A stretch of 54,110 bases of DNA, the filler included, from Dimargaris cristalligena (lineage: Eukaryota): the NCBI GenBank assembly GCA_003614675.1. It is 2 parts of 2 records of this genome, joined end to end, with 100 filler letters (N's around TTAATTAATTAA, not from the genome) between each part and the next. Parts side by side here need not be neighbours in the genome. Positions count along the whole stretch, not along the records: positions 1 to 27,005 come from ML002526.1; positions 27,106 to 54,110 come from ML002527.1. One strand, written 5' to 3'. Both the position numbers and the translations under genes were made by a program. Position 1 is the first letter of the stretch, and each line of letters opens with the position of its first letter. Shown here in pieces: positions 23,859 to 36,056 of the stretch. Under the pieces are notes generated by a model. The model ran no database searches and had not been told where the DNA came from. It saw only the letters and a program-made list of their open reading frames with translations.

Positions 23859-26800
23859 ATGGAGAATAAGCGAGTCGTCCGCAATGTCCGCAACCGCGAA
23901 AAGCGGCGCGCGAACGAAAAACCCTACTCTAAACCCGCCAATGTCCAAGTAAGTGCATCACTTAGGATCTTACTATCTACCGCAGGCCCACCTGCCTCTA
24001 ATCCTACTATTCTAGTCAATTCACTATGAATCTTAGGCAAATTACCCTTAGATTACCTTCGATTAGGCGAGTGGGCCAGTCCGCTCGTTTTCCATCTCCT
24101 GAGTGCAGCTCCCTCTCGCATTCCGTACGAATTCTGATGTTTAGAAGTTGGTGCTAATTCGATTCGCTCTATATATTGCCATGACCCCCATTCCCACCAT
24201 GCACGGGCTACTTCGCGCCGGATAGAAAAGCAGCAGTTGGCACACCGAGAGCCTACCCAGCCCCATGCGAACCGGCTCGGACACGACAGGACAAACCGTG
24301 CTGGACATTCTTAAATTCGTCTCCACCCCCATTGTATCCCGGTTGGTGAGATCCCGTCGGGCCAACGACCAATTTTCGGTCCCGTGGAACTTCGAGGGTG
24401 TCTCAGCCCCATCGTCCCCTTCGCCCTCCCCGACTGAACCGGGCACGTCCCAGCCGGTGGATGGCCCCGAGTTAAATCTCGAACCATCCCAGGAGCCCTC
24501 GCTCCCCGTACCCAAACCGGTAGTGGTGGATCAGCCAGTTGAGTCCGAAGCCGTTCCATCGCCCCCGCTAACTGACCCCAAGCTAGTGGATGTCCCAATC
24601 CACCAGGCCACTTCTCCATTGCCTGACGTACCCGAAATTAAGGCAGATGATAAACCGGCTGACCTGGAGAATACCCAGGATTCTCTTCCGAAGGCTGACT
24701 CAAGTCGACAGCCGCCAGTGCCGGGCCCGGTTTCACCAACGCCCTCTACCAGCTCCCAGAGCAAGCGACGGAAAAACAAGAAGCCAATAGTCGACGGCCC
24801 CGTCACCCGAAGCCGGGCGGCCCGTGAATCGAAAGCACCGAACACTCAGGAAGCCACCCCTTCCCCTCCAATGTCGCCAGTAAAGCCTCCTAGCCCATCA
24901 CCACCCACCCCGATTGAGGAGCCCCGCCCACCGACCCCTGACCTTTTCGCGAAAATTCCTAGTACCCCATCCCCGGTAGCCCCGGTTGAGGCACACCGCT
25001 CTCGCTCCCCAACACCGGAAGCCGAGGCTGAAGCCGACCGACCCGAATCGCCTGGGGTACCAATAGAAGAGGCCCATGAACCCTCGTCTCCGATAGACTC
25101 AGTGGAAGCTTCCGGATCTCCGTCCCCGGCTGAAGTCTCCAGTCCCTATGCCCCATCCGATGTTGCCACGGAAGTGCTAAGCTATCCCAGCACCCCAGAG
25201 CCTGTTCGGGATGCCACCCCTGACTCTTCGCAAGGTGATGGTATCGCCCAGTCTATGGATGAAGATATTCGGGCACTATCCTCATCTGTGATGTCAAACT
25301 CCGCTAATCTCCGGGCAGAAGGCGCCCCCGTGCCCATGCTCATTATAGAAGAAACTGAGGTCGAGGTAGTAACTGAAGTGACCGAAACCCGGGAAATATT
25401 TGGCACCCCCAAGCCCCACTGGGGTTCGGATGATATGCGGATTTCACCTGAGCCTGAGCCCGAACCAGTACCAGAACCGGAACCCTCGCCGGTGCGTCCG
25501 GTCACCAGTGTCGATATGTTTGTGCAGACCGAACCAGAAGACGTTATTCCCCTTCCCCAACGGAGAGTGTTCTCGCGTAGTAACAGTTCTATGCTATTCC
25601 ACAGCCCCCGCCCTGCCAAACTCCAAATGTCCCATTACTCGCCCCGGTCGGAGGTGCTCAATAAGACTCTCTCCCGCTTCTTCGACGAGAAGGGCGGCCA
25701 GCCCCTCAGTCGAAATGAACTCCAGCATTGTTTGCGGATCATGCAGGAGAGTGCTGACGACGAGAGTGCCATTACCTCGCCCAGCCGGGTCCCCAACAGC
25801 GTAGTGCCTGCGGCCCAGCCTAAACGAGTGTTGGAGCCCGAGGTAGCCGCCCCCAGTGCATTGCCCGCCTCCCCTGAACCCACTGCCGCGCCATCGGCTA
25901 ATCGTCGGAACAGCCTAGTGTCCATTGCCAGCTCCACCGAAACCCGGTATTCGGCGGCCCTTCCCACCGTAGTGACGGGGAAGCGACAGCGTACCCAAAA
26001 TTACCTCGGGGCCGGTTTTAGTTCCCAGGCCAAGCCTTACCAGCACCGCGTCCACCGCTACAGCTCGGCACCCGCCTCAGCCCGGGCCAGTCGGGGATTC
26101 CGTCCCCTCCTTCCCAGCGGGTCGCAGGCCTTCCTAAAGAGTATCGTCACGGCCGGGCAGCATGTAGACCAGGCGCCCCCCAGCGTGTCGCTCGACGTTT
26201 CCGATGCGCCTCCGGTTTCGCAACCCCCGCCGGTGACCCAGAGCCCTACTGTTAATCCCCCAACCGTAACCCGGTCCTTTACCTTTGCGGGCAGCCGGGC
26301 CGCCGAACTAACTAGCCGGCCCCAAGCCATCCCCGTAGTGGCTTCTTCCCCGCCCCGGGTTGCCCCTGCGACTCCCCCAGCTCAGGTGACTACCTCGGTT
26401 GCCCCGTCCGCATCCCTTACTTCCCGGAAACTGCTTGGTATCATCAGTGACCTGCCTCCCGTCTCGTCCCCCCGGGCCAAGCCCCAGTGGCCCCCTGTCC
26501 CTCAGAGTACTGGCTATTCTTCCCCCATCAGAACTAAAATCGGGTCCCACCGCTTGTCCCCCTACGGTAGATCCGTCCCGGCGGTAGCTTCCTCGCCAAT
26601 GAAGGTGGCGTCCGCTTCTTCCACACCTCTGAAAACCCGCATCCCACGCCCTTCGAAACCTCTACCTTCCCCCGCGACCTTCGAGTTAATTCGCCCCCAA
26701 GACTCTAAGCCCCCTCCGAGTACATATGACCTGATTTTGGAGACGGCCCCCGAATACGTCAAAGATCGAGTCAAGGCCGCCCAATCGGGCCAGAAATTTA

Positions 26801-27005
26801 CCACCCCCTGGCCGGTGGCTGCGGCCCCGACCCTACCTCCGGCCCCGGCAGGTCCTGTACCAACATCAAACACGTCTTCGATTACGTTTTCAGCAGTAGC
26901 ACCGGCACCGGTGGCATTTTCGCATTCCACGGAGTCCTCGGCGCCCGCCCCGATTACCCCACTGGTCGCTTCTAAACCATCTAATCCGTTTGTCCTGACT
27001 ACCAC
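23859..27005 (+). CDS. Nuclear basket nucleoporin, Nup60/Nup1/Nup153-like (3'-truncated at the linker)
   Basis: Exon 23859-23948 (MENKRVVRNVRNREKRRANEKPYSKP) splices in frame to an exon from 24226. It carries a basic KPYSKP motif, an amphipathic segment VLDILKFVSTPIVSRLV, a helical motif NKTLSRFFDEKGGQPLSRNELQHCLRIM resembling the Nup60 helical region, and SLTSRKLLGIISDL resembling the Nup2-binding motif. The rest is P/S/E-rich and disordered. The ORF is open until the N-run. Confidence 0.62.
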
Positions 27006-27105
27006 NNNNNNNNNNNNNNNNNNNNNNNNNNNNNNNNNNNNNNNNNNNNTTAATTAATTAANNNNNNNNNNNNNNNNNNNNNNNNNNNNNNNNNNNNNNN
27101 NNNNN
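27006..27105. other. Artificial junction linker (44 N + TTAATTAATTAA + 44 N)
   Basis: Exactly 100 nt. The palindromic 12-mer places TAA stops in all six frames, and exactly 27,005 nt lie on each side. Confidence 0.97.
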
Positions 27106-27233
27106 TAAATGTTTATTGATTAGCATGTAGCTACCCCAGAGATTTATCTGGGTACATCCTTATGATAATAAAATTACCTCATTTGGAGTAGTCGAAATCA
27201 ACCGACCAGAAAAAAAAGCCCTACCTAGGCGAG

Positions 27234-28271
27234 TCATTGTTGGCGAAGGCGAACGAGGGTGAGTCCGTCAAACATGGGCAACATGATTTGTTCAGTTCGG
27301 GGGTCCTCGGCCACGACTTTGTTGAAGGCGTAAATATGATCAGCACTCCCCGTGGACACTCTACACTTCCCCGATTTATCAACTTCGGGGAGGGTTCCAG
27401 GGAGGCGCTCTAGGGCCTGCTGCACCGGCGGGTATTTACGGAAGGTCTGGGCGGAAAACAGGGTGTTGTCTACGGCGATGAGGCCATCGGACGACAGCAT
27501 GCCGGAATCGATGATGTAGTTGTAGTAGTTGATGTAGTCATCCTTGTTGGCGTCGATGAAGATAAAGTCAAACTGAGTGCCGGGCTCGATTTTGGTCTTC
27601 AGGGAGTCCATGGCGGGACCTTCAATAACCTTCACATACGGGTCCATGTTGAACTCGGTCGCTTTAGCCCGGATTGATTGAACGTAGTGGGGATCGAGCT
27701 CGCAGCTAATGACGGGGTGGTCGGGAACCCCCCGTAGGTTGCGCTTGAGAGCCTCCGCCATCCACAGGGTGGAGTAGCCGGAGAACCCGCCGAGTTCCAA
27801 AATCCGGCGCGATTTCATCATGGTCACCAGCCAGTAGAGGGTAAGTCCTTCCAGAGCTGACACCATCATAACATTGTTGGTAGGGTTGTCCCGAACACCC
27901 CGCTCCTTGATTTCCTCAAGATAGGCCAGCGAGGGATCAATGCTACTGGCGAACGGGGTACGGGGAGCAGTCTGGCCTGGTCCTCGATTTCCTGCGTCCA
28001 AATCGACCTCAGACACCCCGGTATTGGGGCTGCTGTGGTCCCAACAGTAGGCCTCGGTCAGTGCCGCATGGGTGCTCAGAGAGGCTGCAATCGAACCGGA
28101 GTCCTTTTTTGTATAGTGTCACAACGGAGAGTAGGTGAAATGGTTAAAGGTGGTTACAGTGGTTCACCAGCGAATACATGTGGAGATCGAATAAGTCGGA
28201 CCACCGAGTTAGCACGATCAATAGGGGTGGAGATAACTTACCCTTTGGGTCACTTGCAGTAGCCTGTTCAT
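27234..28271 (-). CDS. Class I SAM- and metal-dependent O-methyltransferase (CCoAOMT/COMT-like, Methyltransf_3; ~299 aa)
   Basis: Motifs RILELGGFSGYSTLWMA, SCELD, FDFIFIDANKDDY, DNTLF and LPMFDGLTL. A likely first exon 28271-28242 is spliced (gtaagt...aag) to 28103-27234, giving MNRLLQVTQRDSGS...EAYCWDHSS. Confidence 0.92.
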
Positions 28272-29274
28272 GGTGGGCAGGTCGAACTAGAAGTAGAGGT
28301 AGACAGTAAGAGATATAAAGGAGGCGAATGTAAATAGTAGAAGTATCCAGCAGACTCAAAAGAGATATGGGGTAATTATGTGTAAGGAAGGAGGGCTATG
28401 GGGTGGACCTTTATATGTTTGAAAGCGAAAAGCCGGCCTCACCAGCCCGACTGATCTAGGAGGGGGATAAGTTGACGCTCGCAAGGGCTGAGGCCGTCAC
28501 CAATCAACGGCCAGGGTGTTCGTCATAATGGACTCTGGAATGACGGCCTGAGCCTGTCACACTAGGCGGCAGTCCAAAGGAAAACCAAATGTCGTGGGAC
28601 TGGGAACACTTCGGTTCAGGGGGATAAACCTGGGAAGGATTCACACATGTAGGTCTGCAATTTACTGATGGCCCTATGTCAGGGTCATTGGTTTGGAAAT
28701 GCGGTAGGAAAGTCCCATTAATGGCATGTCGGCCCATTCACAATGGTGTACGAATCATTCTAGTATTTGTGCCAAGGCCTAATACATCGGGTGCAGATAT
28801 GATAGGTAGGCTCGGCAAATCCTGCATCTCTGGGGTCATCCACCCAAAGTCAGCGGCCACTGGTGCTGGTGTATACACCAGGCATCCGATAAATTACCGA
28901 AAGCCGGGGCAATATCTAGGGGTTTATTAGTTTATTATAGTAAGGCCAAAAAGTGGGCGGGATCCTTCAGATAGGGCTTATATGAAATAAACCCCTATAA
29001 TGCAGACATGCAACTCTTGGAATACGTAATCTACTATAGGACTCCCCTACGGAAATTCAGAAACGCACCTGCACGGTTCAGACAATGGCCACCACCCAGA
29101 GAAAACAAGTCCACCGCGCCGACAGTAGGCCAACGTAATCATTGAACCGAATGAATCAGTGTGCCTCAGCATTGACTACTAGCAGTCACTCCTGTGGTCG
29201 GCTGTAAAGAAGGTTAAAAAAATATCCCATTAGCTGCAGGGTCTTCCCATGATTCCCACTCCAAACAGTCCCAT

Positions 29275-30502
29275 TTACCAGTTGTAAAAAGGACTGGGTC
29301 TATAGATGGGTTTCGACTCCTTCATGGGGGTCCACACCCGCCTGCGCATATTAAAGCGCTTGATGTTGCGTCGGAAGGCCGGGTTGGTTTCATCACGCTC
29401 CTTCTCCACCTCCTTCAGGACGAATTGAACGTGTGATTCACGTTCCCGGATTTTACCACACCGGCCACGTCCTTTAAAGTCAGCCCGGGGCTTGTACCGA
29501 CCTTTACCGACCCATGTGCGAGCTACGGGGGACAGGGGGAGAGGCATCAACAAAATTACAGGAATTGCATATAGATGATTAGATAGGCAGTCGCATTATG
29601 AAGGATAAGGCGGGCGAGAGGGGTGGGGTTAAACTGTGTATAACCAATAGGGCCATTTGAAGCGCCCGAATAACACTGTGAATTCTATGAGAGCATCCAC
29701 TTACCCACCACCAGTTTGCTGGGGTCGAGGTTCTTTTGCAGAGCAGCGTTCTTCCGGGCGAGGGCCAGGGTACTCAGCAGGGGCTTGGCCCATTTCTTGG
29801 GGGAGAACTCCATCTGGTCAATGGCCTTTTGGATGGGCTGCCCGGAGATCTGTTTGGCCAGGAACCGCAGCTTCTTGTAACCGGTTCCGTAGTTATGGGT
29901 ACTGAATTTGTACTCCTTATCGGAAAGGCCCATGAGGGCCTTCCATCTGGGCTGCTCATTGGAAATCGACGGGGCCTTCTTGGTTTCGTCGGCCACTTCC
30001 ACTTTGGCGATGTCAAACAGGGGCGAGGCGCCGAGCTGCGGCCGGCTCTCCTGGGGATCAAATTTCTGTTCAGCAGCGAGCGACGAGGTATGGAGGCTAG
30101 TTAGGGTGGCAAAGTAATTATGTTGATAAATTAAGGACTGTCATTAGGGTAGACTGGTATCGGGGGAAAAGGAATATTCCAGTTATGATTATATAGCTAA
30201 CGTGTAAGCATCGTATCGCCAATTTCGAATAGAGGTAGTGTATTACCTTTGGGCAGCAACGGCCGGACCCCGGAGGGCAAACAGGGTCGACTGGGTGGTC
30301 GCGACAGCGGCTAAAAAGGGGGGACCAGTGGCCATTTGGTGCGGTAATGCGGAAGGAATGGGGTGATCGGGATTATAGTTAGTACAGTACTACTGGTGGC
30401 CAACTGGCTTTCAACAGCCGGGTAAACGGGAGACTGTATAGGTTTGGCATAGCAGGATCAGCACTTACCGAACCGACTGCGAAGGGCCTGGAGAGCTAAC
30501 AT
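29275..30502 (-). CDS. MRPL22: Mitochondrial ribosomal protein uL22m (~245 aa, 4 exons)
   Basis: Exons 30502-30469, 30310-30247, 30096-29705, 29522-29275, in frame. Presequence-like N-terminus MLALQALRSRFAAVATTQ; motifs KKLRFLAKQISGQPIQKAIDQMEFSPKK and WVGKGRY..KGRGRCG. Confidence 0.93.
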
Positions 30503-30974
30503 GACGGAAAATGCTGTTTTCGGGAATCCCACCGACGATCCGAAAAGTGGAATGGAACGGTCAAAGATATGTGTAGTGTAATTCAAGGGAGGGAGTGAGT
30601 AAAAGCTGATCTAAGCCGGAATGGGGCTGGTATCTTTCAATCTATTCATATGTTCAGCTACTGTCGACCGAATGGTCGGCGATTCTGGAATCCGAAAGCC
30701 AGAGTTGCTGGCATCGTCAATTTAATCCCCCCACGATGGTCCTTTTATTTTGTTTCCCAGCCAGTGGACCATTGATGCAAGCGTGGTTTAGGGCAATACT
30801 TCTGCAAAGCCAAGCCAAGCGACCCCCATGCATGACCACAACTGGGCAGTGGAGAATTATATTCCAATGAGGGACACCCTAGAAAATAGGACCTTCTGAC
30901 CCGCCTTTAATTCTCTTCCACGGGAGTTTTCCTTTGTGACCTTTTTGGTTTGTTTAATAGATATTCTTTTGGCC
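30503..30974. promoter_or_regulatory. Divergent (probably bidirectional) promoter region between MRPL22 and the ZNRD2-like gene
   Basis: Head-to-head ATGs at 30502 (-) and 30975 (+), 472 nt apart. Confidence 0.5.
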
Positions 30975-32092
30975 ATGTCGCTCGACTTTATCACCACAGC
31001 TCTTTCCCGGTACATGCTCCAGGGTTGGGTGCTGACCGATACGGAATGTCCCAAGGGGTGCGGGGTCCCCCTAGTCCGAACCAAGGATAGTTCCCGGAGC
31101 ATATGCGTTAGATGCGACGAAAGTCAGTCGGCCACCGTTTCTTCGCCCGCCCCGGCTCCTACCCAGGTCGCCGCCCCTCCGCCACCCCAGATGGAAAACC
31201 CGCCTACCTCGTCAAGCGAAGAGGCAGACGACGTGAAGTTTACCCCCTCGGCCACCCAGAAGACCCAAATGGCGCAGCGTGACCGGGCCGCCAAACTTAT
31301 TGGCGAAAAACTGCTTCAGGGCTACGCCCTGTTGGATGATTCCTGTCCCAATCCGGGTTGTTTCTCCGTAAGTAATAATGTTTCATGTCAAAATAAGTTA
31401 GGAGGGACTATGATTTTTCTGAATTAACTCAGCTGTGATTTTTTAACATTGAATATCCCCCCTCCCTATTTGTATCCACTCGATTGGTACTAACGGTGCA
31501 CCCACCCTTGGGTATTTTGATATCAACTATGCCCTTATATATACACAAATAGACCCCGCTTGTTCAGAAGAAAAACCAGGCTCGGTTCTGTGTGACGTGT
31601 AGCTCCCAGATCATGGATGCGGCGGAGTATGAAACCTATAGCAAGCAGGCCTCGCCTAAGATGGTGGAGCTCGAATCCAAACTCGATGAGCCGGAGTCGC
31701 CTTCCCCTCCCCAGCCCGAAGCTGCCCCCCGCGGTGACCACAGCGTGAAATCCGCCCCAACGAAAGAGGAAAAAGAGGATAAGCACACGAAGAAGGACAA
31801 GAAGAAGGACAAGAAAAAGGACAAGAAGGACAAGAAAAAGGATAAGAAGAAGGATAAGAAGGCAACGAAACAAAAGGAGGCCCGCTCGTCCCCAGGGGGT
31901 GCCATAGACCCACTAGTGGCCACGGAGTCGGCCCTCGCAACGGTGAGTCGGAAATTGGAATACCTTCGCGCAGCTTTGGAGAAAACCTCGGACCCCTGTG
32001 CCATCTGTGACGTGGTCGATGGAATGGCTCGGTGCGGGACGGCTATCCAGAAATTGGCCAAAGCCCAGCAAGCTCTCCGGGATCAAAACTGA
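30975..32092 (+). CDS. ZNRD2/SSSCA1 (Auto_anti-p27)-like zinc-ribbon protein with two zinc-ribbon repeats (~310 aa)
   Basis: Exons 30975-31367 and 31553-32092. The repeats are LSRYMLQGWVLTDTECPKGCGVPLV..CVRC and IGEKLLQGYALLDDSCPNPGCFSTPLV..CVTC. They are followed by a K/D-rich tract and a C-terminal helical segment. Confidence 0.85.
31790..31861 (+). repeat. Coding AAG/GAC-GAT repeat encoding KKDKKKDKKKDKKDKKKDKKKDKK
   Basis: Directly visible tandem units such as AAGAAGGAC(AAG). Confidence 0.9.
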
Positions 32093-32949
32093 GTATTGCG
32101 GCCATAGTCCACCTTGCCGTATATATAATAAGTCCGTCTCGCCTATACACCATCATTATCAATAGTACCAAGTCGGGATTGCTCTGTTGCAAACCTGGAT
32201 AGGAAACCGAAAGGACCTCTTCTCCCTAAAACTTATTATAGATGGCCCGAGCTCTGGCAGGATGGTTCTGTCCCGTGATTTCAATACGGCTATATTAATT
32301 GTTCTGAATATATAAACTCTTCCTATCCGTATCTTCGGAGTACTACTAATTGAATGGAATATAATATAATATGATGGAATACCCCTACCCAACTGGGGCT
32401 GGCCCGTCATAGTCGTCTGGTGTAGCTGGGGGTCATTAATTGCTAATGAGTGTATATTATTGCCACTCTGATCCACCACCTAAGCCAGTCAACTGGCACT
32501 GGTGCTGTCTCTGATTAATATAATCATTTCTACTACTGAACATAGGTATTGTTAATTCCCAGCTCTGCATTGATGCTTCGGGTGTTACCACCACCATACA
32601 GACAGGGTGGGAGGGTGCTCTTAATAGAGAAGCACCGGCCGATGGGGCTGACAGATGGCTGATTATCGGGATAATCTATGGCAAAAGATCCCAAGGTGCC
32701 CCTCCCTCTCTTGTTCTATTTCGAAGAGCAGTTTTCTCTAAAGAAGCCGGCCAGTAGTTATGCTGAACGAGGGACAGTGTATGCATGGCCTTCAGTATTT
32801 GTTCCCCGCTTAGGCCTAACACTTCTTCCTTTCCCCTTCTTTCCACTTCTTCCTCATTACACTATCGGTGACCCTCTCCTTCTCTTGACTAGTTTGAGCC
32901 CGTATCCTTCCCCTCCCTAGCATTCCCTTTAACTGTTCCACAGCTCACC

Positions 32950-35900
32950 ATGACTCTCCTCAAACCCAACGACATTCTCATAATAGGTACCCATCCAGAC
33001 CTACCCCTTATACCAGACCTGCCAATCCGCACCTATGCACCGCCAGGGAAAAGGGACCAAATAGGCATGGTCTTATTCGAAATGACCCCAATGGGGGGGG
33101 GCTGTTCTCCTCTTCTCTGGAACTGAGCCATTCCTTCGATTCCACCTTCAGAGTGACCTTAATTTAAGTTGACAAGCCCAATAGTTCACCCGTCCTGCCA
33201 GCCTGCACTATTTAACCGTATTTTGTTTTTGATACGCCATGGTCGCTCTTTTGTATGTATGTAGGGCCTAATGCCGCCAGTCAGACCACCCTTTTTTTCG
33301 ACGACTTTCGCGCCCATAATGTAAACCGCGCTTACAAGAAATCCCATTCAATTGGCGGTAAAGGTAAACCATAGCCGCTTATATGCCCTCTTTTATTAAT
33401 AGCCAACTCACCCAAAAACTGGCTTTTTTGGTCACACTCAGCTTCACCGTTACTGTATTGTTAGGATTTTAGTATCTGGAATAGTTGGCTTGCACATGTT
33501 TTTTTATGTCGATCCTTCCCTTATTTGGCACCTTGCCCTTTTAGCTGGGTTGGGTTAAATTGGAAATGGTATAGTATGGTATGGGATTGTTTCCAACCCG
33601 ACTGTGGGGGGTACTGGGGAATTTCAGTGGACTGTACAGATTTCTAATATTTTATTATTGTTGGTTATCAATCATTGCCTAATTCGACAGGACAAAACTG
33701 TGCACTGGCTTGTCATAAGTTCGGCTTCACCAAAAAGGTAAAATTATACGATACCTTAAACAAATGGACATCGGTATACCCGACTATTGTGGGGGCAAAA
33801 TAACTGGTTTGTTTTAAATCAAGACCCCTCTAAAAATATATAAGTACAAATCACTTTGTCATCTCGGATCCTTGGTTCAGGTTACCCTACTTCAGACTGT
33901 AGGCGGTGAGACTGGCCAATATGTTGGTAACGTACTTCGGCAGAAGGACATTCACCACGTCAACAGTAAGTGAAATGAGTATCCGTGGTTAACCCTAATT
34001 TAACTGTTAAGCATGTGAATCATCGCCCAGCACCAAACCCATGTTAAATTGATTTATAAATCACATTATCCCGTAACTTAAACTCCCTGCAGCCCAAATT
34101 CAAAGTACCACTCGAACGTGTACCACAGTACTCGACGCTAGTACTGGCTTCATGACCGAGCTGATTGTAAGTTTTTAGTATATTTCTATATAAAATCATG
34201 CTTCATCGCATTTGCCCATACCCCCCCCCACCATACGTCATATGGGCTTTACTATAGCTCAGGGTACATTGCCTACATTTCATTGGCGCCCCGCACGTCA
34301 CGCAATACGAACTCCAAGCCTAACTTAATCACCCCAATACCTAATTTCCTCGATTGATAAGGAGCCCACCTCTTTAATTACCGAAGCGGAATGTGCTGAC
34401 TTCGAGTCCAATGCCCGCCAATTGATCACTAATGGTGGCGATATTATGAAGATGATTGCCATTTGTGGTAAGTTGAATGCAATACCCCCCTTTATACAGT
34501 ATAGTTTATTACTGTTTAATTATCTAAAACATGGTTATTCTTATCTCCTCTGACTATCTGGAGGGTGCGCTCACCCACTCTGAATGGATACCGATGGCTT
34601 GCCCACCTCATTTTCGGAATTATAGGTAGCTGTCCAAATGGTATGACCAGTCGGACATTGGCCACAATCGCCTCCCTCAAACCACCGTCTACACTGCTCT
34701 ATGTCGATGCCGTCAAAGACATCGAGCTCATTCTTGAAACCCGGAAAGTCGATATTATTAAAATTAATACCGAAGAATTCAGTCAAATTGTTAATCAGCT
34801 GAAATTGGGGCGGATCGTTGTCAGCGATAGGCGGTAAGTCGAGTTGCACCATAAATTGCCCATCGTTTAAATGCATTCCATCATGAAGTTATGTATTGAA
34901 GTCGGAGTCGGGCATGGGTTTCATTTTCAATAACAACCTCGACTCCATCGTTTACATTCCACTTCGCCCCTATATTTGTACCGGATCTATGTAGAACTGA
35001 CGAACTGAATGTACGGGAATTCCCCCAACTGGCCCATGAACTCATGGACCACTACGGTATCAGTATGGTTGCCGTCACGAATGGCCCCAAACGGTAAGTG
35101 TTTCTTCAAATTGCTATTATATCTATTTATTAATGTTTCTAATAGTTCAGTGTGACGCACTTATTAATCTGCTCTTGTACAAACGGTATCATATGTCCGG
35201 CGATAACTACATCATTCAACCACTGACCACGGGTAGGGCGTTCATGTTCCAGAGGGGCAGCCCCGTGTACCATACATTCAAAATTCCGGATTTGGTGGCC
35301 GTACTTCAGCGCATGTACTTTACCAACCTGAATCTATTTATCGAGAAACATGTGGAAAACTGCCTACCACCTACCATTACACTAGAGCATCGTCAGAAGA
35401 TGCTGGAGTGGGAGTCGGAAAACGAAGTATGCTTGGAACGCATGCGAAAGCTTCAGCGGGACACCCGCATGTCTAGCGATGGCCATCCGGGGCGACCTGG
35501 GGGCGACATGGTACCACACCCCTCTTCCCAGCTTGGCTCGGCCCTTTCTCCTCATGCGAAGGGAAACGGTCTGAATGGATCAGCCCGCAACGACTCAGCC
35601 CGTCAACTCGATGATATGACCTCGAAACCCCCTATCCAGCTTTTGCTTAACCCGCTTGGTGCCGGCGATACAACCAATGGCGTTTTCATATGCGAATATC
35701 TTCAGTCCCGGGTAAGTCGAATACTCCCCTGTTTGTCCTTAACGATACGCCGGAGGCTAATCCTAACCTACAGTGGGTTTGATAGGTCCTTTAGCGAAAG
35801 TACCTTGGTCAAGTCTTGGGCCCATGTACTAATCACGTTCCGTTTCTCGGCGTGGGATATTTACCCGTCTAACACCCCCAACATCTATTTGTGCTGGTTC

Positions 35901-36056
35901 TTATCGACTTAGGATCCGCTGCGTGCGTTTGCCATGGGTCTTGCCGCGGCGACGGCGTCGTGCTTAGTGACGGACTTTACCGGCTACTACGATGTAAATA
36001 TCATGTACAAGGTCTTTGATGGGATCCAGGTTGAGAAACACAGCTTGCACCAATAG
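32950..36056 (+). CDS. PfkB/ribokinase-family sugar kinase, FruK/LacC (1-phosphofructokinase/tagatose-6-phosphate kinase)-like (~457 aa, 10 exons)
   Basis: Exons 32950-32986, 33265-33363, 33691-33737, 33881-33965, 34093-34166, 34362-34467, 34626-34833, 34995-35093, 35237-35711, 35913-36056, all GT-AG and in frame. Motifs GPNAA..VNRA, GGKGQNCA, VGGETG, TRTCTTV..TELIEP, ICGSCP, VD, KINTEE, VTNG and NPLGAGD. Confidence 0.9.

Noticed and set aside
27050..27061. TTAATTAATTAA palindrome as a piggyBac TTAA site or regulatory element
   Set aside because: It is embedded in symmetrical N-runs and is a synthetic six-frame stop spacer.
31535..32061. Antisense ORFs with FLSFF / LLVLF repeats resembling membrane proteins
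   Set aside because: They are reverse-strand shadows of the KKD-coding repeat.
32902..32943. U12-type intron look-alike (GTATCCTT ... CCCTTTAAC ... CAG) just upstream of the PfkB kinase ATG
   Set aside because: It would be only 42 nt, the branch site is imperfect, and such motifs arise by chance in pyrimidine-rich leaders. All modelled introns are U2-type GT-AG.
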